DNA of 64,000 nucleotides from Escherichia coli (GTDB lineage Bacteria > Pseudomonadota > Gammaproteobacteria > Enterobacterales > Enterobacteriaceae): assembly GCF_003334785.1 (NCBI RefSeq), contig NZ_QOWV01000003.1. One strand, 5' to 3'. Position numbers and translations under genes: made by a program. This document shows positions 1 through 10,393 of the stretch, one piece after another (position 1 is the first letter of the stretch; each line of letters starts with the position of its first letter). Below the pieces are notes generated by a model that did no database searches, had not been told where the DNA came from, and was given only the letters and a program-made list of their open reading frames with translations.

Positions 1-256
1 TCGCGCCAACCGAGAGGTCGATACCAGCGACCAGGATAGCGAAAAACTCGCCCATGCCGATCAATACCGTCACGGAGCTTTGAACAAAAATCTGGGTAAT
101 ATTATTGGTGGTCAGAAAATATTCTGGTGACAGCGAACCAAAGATGGCGACGATGATCGCCAGGATAAAAAAGGTGCCGTATTTATCCCAGAACAGCGCA
201 AAGTTGAACGGTTTCTTCTCGCTCGCTTCGCTTTTTACTCTTGTGGTAAAGCCCAT
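1..256 (-). CDS. alsC: D-allose ABC transporter permease AlsC, N-terminal part only (gene continues beyond window start)
   Basis: Reverse-strand translation from ATG at 256..254 gives MGFTTRVKSEASEKKPFNFALFWDKYGTFFILAIIV..., recognised as AlsC N-terminus; overlaps alsA stop. Confidence 0.8.
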   Translation of the reverse strand, partial: MGFTTRVKSEASEKKPFNFALFWDKYGTFFILAIIVAIFGSLSPEYFLTTNNITQIFVQSSVTVLIGMGEFFAILVAGIDLSVGA

Positions 257-1767
257 GCCATAATCTCCTCTTCGCTCATGTCATCGCGATTCGTCAGGAT
301 TTGCGTCAGTCGTCCTTCGCAGAACACGGCGATGCGGTCGCAGACGGTGATAATTTCAGGTAGTTCAGATGACACCATCAGGATGACTTTTCCGTCGTCC
401 GCCAGTTGGCGCATCACTTTGTAAATTTCGGCTTTCGCGCCAACGTCGATGCCGCGGGTAGGTTCATCGAAAATAATCACTTCCGGGCAACAGCACAGCC
501 ATTTGGAGATCAGGACTTTCTGCTGATTTCCCCCGGAGAGTTCGGTGATATTCTGGTTTACCGAATGACATTTCAGCGCCAGCAGTTCGCGTTGATTTTC
601 AGCGGTACGTTGCTCGTCAACTTCATGAAACAAGCCCATCGCGCCTTTATAGCCGCCGTCTTTCAGACTGCGGCTGATCGCCATGTTCTGAGCGATGGAA
701 AAGTTGGGGAAAAAACCGTTATCCCGGCGGCTTTCAGTGATGTAAGCCATCCCTTTTTTCACGGCATCCAGGGGTGAACGTGGAGAGATATCTTTGCCAT
801 TAAGACGGATTTCTCCGCCAGCGCGTTTATCCACGCCAAACAGACAATTCATCAGTTCAGTACGTCCGGAACCGACCAGTCCGGCAAAGCCTAATATTTC
901 TCCCCGGCAGACGCTAAATGAGATATCCCGGACCTTTTTTCTGTCACGACTGGTGACGTTCCGCACCTCAAAAACCGTTTCGTGCGCAAGGTTGCTGACA
1001 TTCTCCTTCATCGCGTTAAAACGGTTTTGCAGTTCGCGGCCTACCATCAGACGGACGATATCGTCATTTGACACATCGCTTACTATGCCGCTGCAAACGC
1101 TGCTGCCGTCTTTCATCACCGTATAGCGGTCGCAAATACGGCGAATTTCCGCCAACTTATGCGAGATATAGACGATGGCCGTACCCTCTTTACGCAACTG
1201 ATTCATGATCAGAAACAGATAGTCCACCTCTTTATTGGTGAGTGAGGAGGTGGGTTCATCCATGATGATGACTTTGGCATCGAGCATCAGCGTTTTGGCA
1301 ATTTCTAGCATCTGCTTGTGGCTGATAGATAAATTCGCCACTTTCTCATCTAGATCAACTTTCAAGCCCACGCGTAATAACATCATGGCGGCGCGGACAC
1401 GCATTTCTCGCCAGTCGATAATATTGACGCCACAGATTTTTTTCGTCAGATGACGACCAATATATAAATTTTCCAGTACGGTTAATTCATCAATAACGCT
1501 GAGTTCCTGATAAATAATCCCGATACCGAGTTGTGCCGCTAATTTATGATCCAGCTTGTTATAGCTAATGTTATTAATGGTAATGGTGCCTTTGGTCGGC
1601 TCATGTATTCCGGATAAAACTTTCATTAGCGTGGATTTACCCGCGCCATTTTCTCCTAGTAATGCATGTATTTCACCAGGATAAACCGTTAAATTAACCG
1701 ACTTTAATGCGTGAACCGGACCAAAGGACTTGCCGATCCCCGCCATCGATATATATGGCGTGGCCAT
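235..1767 (-). CDS. alsA: D-allose ABC transporter ATP-binding protein (duplicated ABC ATPase domains)
   Basis: 510-aa ORF with two Walker A motifs (GENGAGKST, GLVGSGRTEL); sequence recognised as AlsA. Confidence 0.93.
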   Translation of the reverse strand: MATPYISMAGIGKSFGPVHALKSVNLTVYPGEIHALLGENGAGKSTLMKVLSGIHEPTKGTITINNISYNKLDHKLAAQLGIGIIYQELSVIDELTVLENLYIGRHLTKKICGVNIIDWREMRVRAAMMLLRVGLKVDLDEKVANLSISHKQMLEIAKTLMLDAKVIIMDEPTSSLTNKEVDYLFLIMNQLRKEGTAIVYISHKLAEIRRICDRYTVMKDGSSVCSGIVSDVSNDDIVRLMVGRELQNRFNAMKENVSNLAHETVFEVRNVTSRDRKKVRDISFSVCRGEILGFAGLVGSGRTELMNCLFGVDKRAGGEIRLNGKDISPRSPLDAVKKGMAYITESRRDNGFFPNFSIAQNMAISRSLKDGGYKGAMGLFHEVDEQRTAENQRELLALKCHSVNQNITELSGGNQQKVLISKWLCCCPEVIIFDEPTRGIDVGAKAEIYKVMRQLADDGKVILMVSSELPEIITVCDRIAVFCEGRLTQILTNRDDMSEEEIMAWALPQE

Positions 1768-1800
1768 AAATAACCTCTCTGCACGAAATATCGTATTATT

Positions 1801-1893
1801 GCCTGATGGCTACATTTATCAGGTCTACGTTCAGGTTATTTTGTTGGCCGGATAAGACACTTCATTAGCATCATCATCCGGCATCATTCAGTT
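1801..1893. repeat. REP-like imperfect palindromic element in alsB-alsA intergenic region
   Basis: gcctgatggctacatttatcaggtc hairpin and gccggataagacac...catccggca resembling the REP consensus. Confidence 0.4.
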
Positions 1894-2829
1894 TTATTGA
1901 GTGACCAGGATTGAATCGACCAGTTTAAATTCCGGTGCTTTATCCAGCGGGATAACCTTGCCGGATTTCTCAGCGTCAACCATCAGCTTCAGACCCGTTG
2001 CGCCGATATCCGCCGGGTTCTGGGCAACCGTCGCGGTCATTTGTCCGGCTTCCACCATTTTGCGGGCTTCCGGAATGCCATCTGTACCGACGACCAGCAC
2101 TTTTCCCGTTTTTCCGGCGTTTGCGACTGCCTGAGCAACACCCATTGCCATCGTGTCATTCGCGCAATAGATCGCTTTAATATTCGGATTACGTTGCAAC
2201 ACGTTAGTGGCGACATCCAGTGCTTTAATGCGGTCCCAGTCGGCAGGCTGGCTGGCGACAAGCTTGATCTGGCTTGCTTTTTTGAAGGCTTCGGTGGCAC
2301 CATTACGACGCGCTTCACCGGAGGCGTTACCGGCTTTACCCTCAATGATTGCGACTTCACCACCTTCAGCGCCCAATTTGTCAATAATGAACGACGCGCC
2401 TTTCGCCCCGACAGCAACGTTATCGGTGGTGACAAAAGCTTCCACATTGCCGCCAGCTTTTTTCAGATTATCCATGTCGATTTTTTCATCGAGATTAACC
2501 AGATAAATGCCTTTTTTCCATGCGCGGGCGACAGGCATGACCAGATTCACTGAGGATAATGGAGCGAAGGCGATACCTTTGTAATTTTTATTACTGAGAT
2601 CTTCAAATAACTGCAATTGAGATTGAAAATCGCCTTCTGAAGGAGAGGCAAAAATATCAACGCTGACGCCCAGTGTTTTTGCTTCATCTTCAATGCCTTT
2701 TTTCATATCTACCCAAAATGGGTTGGAGAGGGTTTTCAATACGACAGCATATTCGGCGGCAGCAAAAGCGCTGGTTGACAACATTAAGCCCACGAGTGTG
2801 CCGCTGAAATATTTCAGATATTTATTCAT
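1894..2829 (-). CDS. alsB: D-allose periplasmic binding protein
   Basis: 311-aa ORF with N-terminal signal peptide; sequence recognised as AlsB. Confidence 0.93.
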   Translation of the reverse strand: MNKYLKYFSGTLVGLMLSTSAFAAAEYAVVLKTLSNPFWVDMKKGIEDEAKTLGVSVDIFASPSEGDFQSQLQLFEDLSNKNYKGIAFAPLSSVNLVMPVARAWKKGIYLVNLDEKIDMDNLKKAGGNVEAFVTTDNVAVGAKGASFIIDKLGAEGGEVAIIEGKAGNASGEARRNGATEAFKKASQIKLVASQPADWDRIKALDVATNVLQRNPNIKAIYCANDTMAMGVAQAVANAGKTGKVLVVGTDGIPEARKMVEAGQMTATVAQNPADIGATGLKLMVDAEKSGKVIPLDKAPEFKLVDSILVTQ

Positions 2830-2887
2830 AATAATGTTCTCACGGTAAGGGGACAGGTAACTCCGCGATGGCGGAATTACCTTTTTC

Positions 2888-3778
2888 TTATTTCAGCGCG
2901 CCTGGTGAGAAGAAATCAACAATTGCGCCGGTTTTTTGCATATTAATATTAGCTTGTTCAATGTTGAGCTGGGCGACAGAGACAAAAAAAGCGTCCAGCA
3001 AAGTTAGTTGTAATATTCTTGCCGAGGCATTACGACCTAATAACGGCGTTTCCGGGGCTGGTGAGCAAATAATATAATCGGCCAGTTTCGCTATCGGTGA
3101 ATGGTAGCTATGGGTTATACAAATAATCTTTGCCCCGTTCTTTTTTGCCAGTTCTACGGCCGCTTTTACATCACTGGTTCGCCCGGAATGGGTCACTACC
3201 AGCACAACATCTCCTTCCTGTAACAACGAAGCGGACATCATCATGATGTGAGCATCAGGATAGGCCTGACAGCGTACGCCAATGCGCAAGAACTTGTGCT
3301 GTACATCAGCACAGATAGCATTTGATCCTCCGGCACCGTACAAATCCCGCTGTCTGGCCTGATAGAAAAAGCGGGCGGCACGGTGGATCTCATCAACGTT
3401 GACGATCGACTGACCTTCCATAATGGTGCGTAAAGTGATGTTAAATACCTTATTCACCACATCCTGCGGCGCTTCATCAAAAGCCAACTCGGAAGGCAAT
3501 ACCTGTTCTGACTGAGAAAAATAATCTTCCAGCGCACTGCGTAAGTTACGAAAGCCGCTAAACCCCAGCAGCTTTGATACCTTAACTATCATCGCTTCAG
3601 ATACCGCCAGAGCTTCTGCGACATCTTTAATTGCGGGTGCACAACTCAGGTTACCGGGTTTGAGTAACCACTCCACGATGCGGCTTTCATTTTCTGTCAT
3701 TCCTTCCTGCTTCATTCGCAGGTAAGGCGCTAACCCTATACCGTTCGGAAGCGCTGAATCAAACTCTGACTGGCTCAT
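2888..3778 (-). CDS. alsR: RpiR/AlsR family transcriptional repressor of the als operon and rpiB (HTH + SIS domain)
   Basis: Track ORF 2888..3811 (307 aa); start placed at internal Met (cat at 3776..3778) to give the 296-aa length I recall; divergent from rpiB. Confidence 0.85.
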   Translation of the reverse strand: MSQSEFDSALPNGIGLAPYLRMKQEGMTENESRIVEWLLKPGNLSCAPAIKDVAEALAVSEAMIVKVSKLLGFSGFRNLRSALEDYFSQSEQVLPSELAFDEAPQDVVNKVFNITLRTIMEGQSIVNVDEIHRAARFFYQARQRDLYGAGGSNAICADVQHKFLRIGVRCQAYPDAHIMMMSASLLQEGDVVLVVTHSGRTSDVKAAVELAKKNGAKIICITHSYHSPIAKLADYIICSPAPETPLLGRNASARILQLTLLDAFFVSVAQLNIEQANINMQKTGAIVDFFSPGALK

Positions 3779-4136
3779 CACGTTCTCTTGTCCTTGAATT
3801 GAAGACGCCACTATATCACCACAGCAAGAACAGAAAAGATGCTGGCGACTTCACAAAAAAATAAAATTTATAAAGTTTATTTTATTGTGAACAATGGCGA
3901 GTGGCTTAAAATTTTATTTCATTTAATTAGTTTAAAAACATGATGTTATTTGTTTTTCTGGTTTTTTAGATGATAGATGTTGCTGGATGGTGAGTGTCTT
4001 TAACGCTATTGCGCTGTCAGATGTAACTCTGTAAAACAGATCAGGAAGGCGTAATTCATCGATTTTGGGTGTTTTTAATTCATTAACATCACAAATGTTT
4101 TTTGATTGTGAAGTTTTGCACGGACGGGGAAGATGA

Positions 4137-4586
4137 ATGAAAAAGATTGCATTTGGCTGTGATCATGTCGGTTTCATTTTAAAACATGAAATAGTGGCAC
4201 ATTTAGTTGAGCGTGGCGTTGAAGTGATTGATAAAGGAACCTGGTCGTCAGAGCGTACTGATTATCCACATTACGCCAGTCAAGTCGCACTGGCTGTTGC
4301 TGGCGGAGAGGTTGATGGCGGGATTTTGATTTGTGGTACTGGCGTCGGTATTTCGATAGCGGCGAACAAGTTTGCCGGAATTCGCGCGGTCGTCTGTAGC
4401 GAACCTTATTCCGCGCAACTTTCGCGGCAGCATAACGACACCAACGTGCTGGCTTTTGGTTCACGAGTGGTTGGCCTCGAACTGGCAAAAATGATTGTGG
4501 ATGCGTGGCTGGGCGCACAGTACGAAGGCGGTCGTCATCAACAACGCGTGGAGGCGATTACGGCAATAGAGCAGCGGAGAAATTGA
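4137..4586 (+). CDS. rpiB: Ribose-5-phosphate isomerase B / allose-6-phosphate isomerase
   Basis: 149-aa ORF MKKIAFGCDHVGFILKHEIV..., RpiB/LacAB family; sequence recognised. Confidence 0.95.
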   Translation: MKKIAFGCDHVGFILKHEIVAHLVERGVEVIDKGTWSSERTDYPHYASQVALAVAGGEVDGGILICGTGVGISIAANKFAGIRAVVCSEPYSAQLSRQHNDTNVLAFGSRVVGLELAKMIVDAWLGAQYEGGRHQQRVEAITAIEQRRN

Positions 4587-4654
4587 GATTCATCCACTAC
4601 TTGCATGGATGAGTAATGATTAATGTGGATAGAGTTTCTTTTTGAGGTTGGCTA

Positions 4655-4984
4655 ATGAAACGCTTTCCGCTATTTCTTTTATTCACCCTGCTCACGCTGT
4701 CCACCGTTCCGGCCCAGGCCGATATTATCGACGACACCATTGGCAATATTCAGCAGGCGATTAATGACGCTTATAACCCTGACCGTGGGCGAGACTATGA
4801 AGATTCGCGCGACGACGGCTGGCAGCGTGAAGTGAGCGACGATCGGCGCAGACAATATGACGACCGCCGCCGCCAGTTTGAAGATCGCCGCAGGCAGCTG
4901 GACGATCGCCAGCGCCAGCTTGATCAGGAGCGTCGGCAACTGGAGGATGAAGAGCGGAGAATGGAAGATGAGTATGGGCGATGA
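4655..4984 (+). CDS. yjdP: Small secreted protein with Arg/Asp/Gln-rich repeats
   Basis: 109-aa ORF with signal peptide (MKRFPLFLLFTLLTLSTVPAQA) followed by repeated DDRRRQ/EDRRRQ units; matches my memory of YjdP. Confidence 0.75.
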   Translation: MKRFPLFLLFTLLTLSTVPAQADIIDDTIGNIQQAINDAYNPDRGRDYEDSRDDGWQREVSDDRRRQYDDRRRQFEDRRRQLDDRQRQLDQERRQLEDEERRMEDEYGR

Positions 4985-5004
4985 GGTTGGGTATGGAGCA
5001 GGCA

Positions 5005-5110
5005 TCGCCCCTCACCCCAATGGGGAGAGGGAGAAAACGAGCGCAATATTCAATATCGAGCACAATCGGTCCCCTCGCCCCTCTGGGGAGAGGGTTAGGG
5101 TGAGGGGGCC
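5005..5110. repeat. GC-rich imperfect palindromic intergenic repeat (boxC-like family), two copies
   Basis: cccctcaccccaatggggagaggg and cccctcgcccctctggggagagggttagggtgaggggg; same motif recurs at 32281..32310. Confidence 0.5.
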
Positions 5111-5130
5111 AGCGCGCACATTCCCTCTCA

Positions 5131-5889
5131 TCACGCCACCCCAATCTCCATCCCATCAAACCCCACCTCAAACCCTGACGGTAGTGCGTTTTCCATCAGC
5201 CACGCATCAAACTGGTGGCTGATATGGGTCAGAATCACCCGTGGCGAGCGGATAACCTGATTCAGCGCAAGCACGGTATTTAAATCACAGTGATTACGCG
5301 GTGCATCCGCGCGCGGCGGGTGACTGCAATCCATCACCATTACCTGCGGCTGATTATTGCGTAAAAATTTCAGCGTTTTTTCCGGCAAGCCTGCGGTGTC
5401 AGACAGCCACGCCACCCGGCTGTGTGCCGTTTCCAGCAGATAACCGAAGGTCAGTTTTGAGTGGTTGAGCGGCAGGGGCGTGACCTGTAACCCCTGCAAA
5501 TCAAACACCACAAACGGTTCCACCGTGTGGCTGAAATCAAGCAGGCCCGGATGTTTAAACAGATCGTCGCAGCCCTGTTCATCCGGCGGGCCGTAAACCG
5601 GGATCGGATCGCCAACGCCCCAGCGCAGCGGAAACAGCCCCTGGACGTGATCCATATGATAATGCGTCAGCAAAAACTGCTGGAACGATCCGGGCGACCA
5701 GCGATCGGCGAGATCGTGCAGCCCGGCGTCGATCAGGGTGATTGCGTCGTTAAACTTCACTACGCCGCTGCACGGTTGGCGGCGATACTGCGGCGAGCGC
5801 CGCGCTCTGGCGCAGGCCGCACACTCGCAGCCCCATGCCGGAACGCCCTGTGCGCCGCCGGTGCCGGTGAGCGTGAGGGTCAGGCTCAT
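5131..5889 (-). CDS. phnP: Phosphoribosyl 1,2-cyclic phosphate phosphodiesterase (metallo-beta-lactamase fold)
   Basis: 252-aa ORF with HxHxDH motif ([12 protein letters not shown]); recognised as PhnP. Confidence 0.93.
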
Positions 5890-5890
5890 G

Positions 5891-6325
5891 TTACAGCGCC
5901 TTGGTGAAGCGGAAGTGGCTCTGCTCGTAGCCTTCGCGCAGATAGAAACGGTGCGCGTCGTGGCGCTTCACGTTGGTCGAAAGTTCGGTCATTTCGGCCC
6001 CGGCCTGGCGGGCTTCTTCTTCTGCCCACGCCAGTAACTTACTGCCGACGTTCAGACCGCGCGCCTGCGGCATTACCACCAACTCCTGAATTTCGCCGAT
6101 CCAGTTGACATGATGCAGATGAAACTGCAAATGCAGGCCGATCATGCCGACAACTTCGCCATCAAGCAGCGCCAGATGGTAGCGCATGTTTGGGTCGCGC
6201 AGATTGGCGTTAAAACCCACGCGAAACGCGTGGTGGTCAAACTCCGCCTGTTTTAGCTCACAAATCAGCGCGTAAACCGCGTCGGTGTCGTACTGCGTGG
6301 CCGGGCGAAGCTCACAAGCAGGCAT
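5891..6325 (-). CDS. phnO: Aminoalkylphosphonate N-acetyltransferase (GNAT)
   Basis: 144-aa GNAT-like ORF; recognised as PhnO. Confidence 0.93.
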
Positions 6326-6869
6326 GGTGTTTCTCCTTCTGATGGATCAGCGTCAGCAGCGTGTCGACCGACTGGCGCAGGCTGCCGTCATTGTTGAGCG
6401 TATGGCAATCCTGTGGAGTATAGCGGGCGGCGCGCGCCAGGCGGGCGTTAATTTCACTGGCGTTTTCACGGCCACGGTTTTCCAGGCGCTGGCGGAGGAT
6501 CTCCGGCGAAACCTGTAAACAGACGGGCAGCAGCGCCGATTGATAGCGCGCCCGCGCCTGCGGCAGATGGGCGCGTGAGCCGTTGACCAGCACGTCGAAT
6601 CCGGCGTGCAGCCAGAGATCAATCTCGACGCCGACGCCATAATACAGACCGTTAGCGTGCCAGCTTAAGGCCAACAGATTTTGCCCCGCGCGGGTAAAAA
6701 ACTCCTGCTCGCTCAGGGCGATATGGTTTTCACTTCCGGCGCTGGCATCGCGCGTGATGTAGCGATGCGCCACCAGTAACTGAGTTTGTTCCCGCAGGCG
6801 GAGTTCCGCCAGCAGGCTGTCTTTCCCGGAGCCGGACGGCCCCATTAACCAAATCAGTTTTCCCATCAT
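6312..6869 (-). CDS. phnN: Ribose 1,5-bisphosphate phosphokinase
   Basis: 185-aa ORF with P-loop GPSGSGKDS; recognised as PhnN; overlaps phnO start. Confidence 0.93.
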
Positions 6870-8005
6870 CAGAACACCCTTTTACCCTGACGCCAGACGT
6901 GGTCGATATGAATATGATTGTCCTTGCGATGCGCCAGCACCAGGTCGGCGCGTTTGCCCTCGCCAATCACCCCGCGATCCTGGAGATTAAGCGCCTGCGC
7001 TGGATTTTTAGTCACCAGCTTCACCGCCTGCGGCAGCGTAAAGCGGTTGCTCTGGTCATCGGCGACGCGAAATGCCGCATCGAGCAGGCTGGCGGGGTAG
7101 TAGTCGGAAGAGAGGATATCCAGCAGGCCAAGCTGCGCCAGTTCACTGGCCGCCACGTTGCCGGAGTGCGAGCCGCCGCGCACAATATTCGGCGCGCCCA
7201 TCAGCACGTTCATGCCATGCTTGCGCGAGGCTTCCGCCGCTTCGAACGTGGTGGGAAATTCGGCGATCACGCTGCCAAGCTGGTGAGATTCAGCAACGTG
7301 GGCGTGGGTGGCGTCATCGTGGCTGGCAAGCGCAATTTTTCGCGCGCGGCACAGGGCGGCGATGGATTCGCGATTCGGCTGCGACCAGCGTGCGGCGAGC
7401 GCCAGTTGCTCTTCTTCGTACTGCTGCATCTGCGCATCAGTGAGGGAGTATTTGCCCTGATAATATTCGCGATACTTCTTGCGGTTGGCGAACTGGCGCT
7501 GGCCCGGCGAGTGGTCCATCAGCGACACCAGCGTCACCGGCTCGCGCTGCACCAGTTTTTCAAACAGCGGCAGCGTGGTGTGATGCGGCAGTTCGCAGCG
7601 CAGATGCAGACGGTGCTCGGCGCGGTTGACGCCGCGTTTCTGCGTCTCTTCGATGGCGTTGATCATCTTCTCCAGATTCTCCAGCCGATCGCCGCCGTCG
7701 CGCACGTCGCCAATTGCCACGGCATCCAGTACGGTGGTGATGCCGCTCGCCACCATCAGCGCGTCGTGGCTGCTCATCGCCGAGTGGGCAGGCCAGTCAA
7801 CTTTCGGGCGCGGGGTGAAGAATTTATCCAGATTATCGGTATGCAGCTCAATCAGCCCCGGCAGCAGCCAGCCGCCTTCGCCGTCCATCGCCTCCGGCAG
7901 GCGGCTCTGGCTTTCGGCAAAGGCGCGGATTTCGCCGTTCTGCACCTCCAGCGAACCGCTTACCACCTCGTTTTCCAGCACCAGCTTAACGTTATTGATA
8001 ATCAT
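6869..8005 (-). CDS. phnM: RPnTP diphosphatase (amidohydrolase superfamily)
   Basis: 378-aa ORF; recognised as PhnM; stop/start overlap with phnN. Confidence 0.93.
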
Positions 8006-8682
8006 GAAGAGGCTCCCATTGGGTGCAGGCGGTCGGCGACGTCATTACGTACAGCTTCGTCATGGAAGATGCCTACGATGGCTGCGCCACGGGTTTTGGC
8101 TTCGCGAATCAGTTCCACCACCGCGGCGCTGTTTTTGGCGTCCAGCGAGGCGGTAGGTTCGTCAAGCAGCAGAATGGGGTAGTCGACGATAAAGCCGCGG
8201 GCGATGTTGACGCGCTGCTGTTCGCCACCGGAAAATGTCGATGGTGCCAGGTGCCACAGGCGTTCCGGCACGTTCAGGCGGGTGAGAAGACGCGCGGCTT
8301 TAGCGGCGCAGGCTTCACGCGGAACGCCGGTATCGAGCAGCGGCTGCATCACCACTTCCAGTGCTGAGATACGCGGGATGACGCGCAGAAACTGGCTCAC
8401 CCAGCCGACGGTGGTTTTGCGGATTTCCACCACTTTGCGCGCTGGCGCGGTGACCAGGTCTACCCACTCGTCACCGTGTTTGATCTGGATTTGACCTTCG
8501 TCGGGCAGATAGTTGGCGTACAGCGAGCGTAGCAGAGTTGATTTGCCGCTGCCGGAATGGCCGTGGAGCACCACGCATTCGCCCGCGTTGACGGTGAGCG
8601 AGGCGCGATTGAGGACGGGCAGGCGCACGCCGTTTTGCTGGTGCAGGATGAAGGTTTTACTGACGTTTTGTACGTTAATCAT
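8002..8682 (-). CDS. phnL: C-P lyase complex ABC-type ATPase subunit
   Basis: Track ORF 8002..8796; start placed at [11 protein letters not shown] (cat at 8680..8682) because the upstream extension runs through a REP element; Walker [10 protein letters not shown]. Confidence 0.88.
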
Positions 8683-8699
8683 TTTTCGCCTCGTGGTTC

Positions 8700-8792
<93 letters not shown>

Positions 8793-9551
8793 TCAATTCT
8801 GCAAAACCGATGACACCAGCAGCTGTGTATACGGATGATGCGGGTCGTCGAGCACGCGGTCGGTTAACCCACTCTCCACCACTTGCCCCTGCTTCATCAC
8901 CAGCAAACGGTCCGCCAGCAGGCGGGCGACGCCTAAATCATGGGTGACAATCACCACCGCGAGGTTCAGCTCCACCACCAGGCCGCGCAGCAGGTCGAGC
9001 AGGCGGGCCTGCACCGACACATCCAGCCCGCCGGTCGGTTCATCCATAAACACCAGCTTCGGATGCGTCACCAGGTTGCGGGCAATCTGCAAACGCTGCT
9101 GCATACCGCCGGAAAAGGTGGTCGGCAGGTCGTCGATCCGGTTGGCGGGAATCTCCACCTCTTCCAGCCACTTCTGCGCGGTGGCACGAATATCGCCGTA
9201 ATGACGTGCCCCGGTCGCCATCAGCCGCTCGCCGATATTGCCGCCCGCCGACACCTGGCGGCGCAGGCCGTCGAGTGGATGCTGATGCACCACGCCCCAT
9301 TCGGTACGCAGCAGGCGACGGCGGTCGGCCTCGCTCATTGCATACAGCGAACGGTTCTCGTAGTGAATTTCCCCCTGCTGCGGCGTCAGGCGCGCGGAGA
9401 TCGACTTCAGCAGCGTGGTCTTCCCGGAGCCGGATTCCCCGACAATGCCCAGCACTTCCCCCGGCCATAAATCAAAAGAGACATCGCTAAAGCCTTTGCC
9501 CGGCGCGTAAAGGTGGGTCAGGTTATTGACCGAAAGTAACGGTTGATTCAT
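8793..9551 (-). CDS. phnK: C-P lyase complex ABC-type ATPase subunit
   Basis: Start at [15 protein letters not shown] (cat at 9549..9551); Walker [10 protein letters not shown]; recognised as PhnK. Confidence 0.9.
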
Positions 9552-10393
9552 TGGTTTTTTGCCTCGCTCTGTTGGCGGCAATAATCGGTATCGGAGCAGA
9601 CAAACATGCGGTTTCCGGCGTCATCCAGCACCACTTCATCAAGATAGCTGTGGGTCGATCCGCAGATGGCGCATGGCTCATCCCACTGCTGAACGGTGAA
9701 CGGGTGATCGTCGAAATCGAGACTTTCCACGCGGGTAAACGGCGGCACCGCATAGATGCGCTTCTCGCGCCCCGCGCCGAACAGTTGCAGGGCGGGCATC
9801 ATGTCCATTTTTGGGTTATCGAATTTCGGGATCGGCGACGGGTCCATCACGTAGCGCCCATTTACCTTCACCGGATAGGCGTAGGTGGTGGCGATATGAC
9901 CGAAGCGGGCGATATCTTCATACAGTTTCACCTGCATCACGCCGTACTCTTCCAGCGCGTGCATGGTGCGGGTTTCCGTTTCGCGCGGCTCGATAAAGCG
10001 CAGCGGCTCGGGGATTGGCACCTGGAAGATAATTATCTGATCTTCGGTCAGCGGCGTTTCGGGGATGCGGTGACGCGTCTGGATAACCGTCGCATCGTCC
10101 GTACGTTCCGTGGTGTTTACCCCGGTCACGCGCTTGAAGAAGTTGCGAATCGACACGGCGTTGGTGGTGTCATCCGCGCCCTGGTCAATCACCTTCAGCA
10201 CGTCGCTTTCGCCAATCACGCTGGCGGTAAGCTGAATGCCGCCGGTTCCCCAGCCGTACGGCATCGGCATCTCGCGCCCGCCAAACGGCACCTGATAACC
10301 GGGGATCGCCACCGCTTTTAAGATGGCGCGGCGGATCATGCGTTTGGTCTGCTCGTCGAGGTAGGCAAAGTTGTAGCCGCTCAGATTAGCCAT
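9548..10393 (-). CDS. phnJ: Alpha-D-ribose 1-methylphosphonate 5-phosphate C-P lyase (radical SAM-type, Cys cluster)
   Basis: Start at MANLSGYNFAYLDEQTKR (cat at 10391..10393); C-terminal CxxC...C cluster; recognised as PhnJ. Confidence 0.9.
   Translation of the reverse strand: MANLSGYNFAYLDEQTKRMIRRAILKAVAIPGYQVPFGGREMPMPYGWGTGGIQLTASVIGESDVLKVIDQGADDTTNAVSIRNFFKRVTGVNTTERTDDATVIQTRHRIPETPLTEDQIIIFQVPIPEPLRFIEPRETETRTMHALEEYGVMQVKLYEDIARFGHIATTYAYPVKVNGRYVMDPSPIPKFDNPKMDMMPALQLFGAGREKRIYAVPPFTRVESLDFDDHPFTVQQWDEPCAICGSTHSYLDEVVLDDAGNRMFVCSDTDYCRQQSEAKNQ

Noticed and set aside
4761-5222. Overlapping ORFs of 136 aa (reverse) and 121 aa (forward) between yjdP and phnP
   Set aside because: They span the GC-rich palindromic repeat and the yjdP 3' end; Pro/Gly/Arg-rich translations; no start context
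6899-8182. 427-aa forward-strand ORF antisense to phnM/phnL; similar long antisense ORFs at 9551..10321, 29954..30961, 47124..48188, 58073..58912 and 61529..62815
   Set aside because: Each lies opposite a well-recognised conserved gene, has no RBS and has an Arg/Ala/His-rich low-complexity translation typical of GC-rich antisense frames; treated as artefacts
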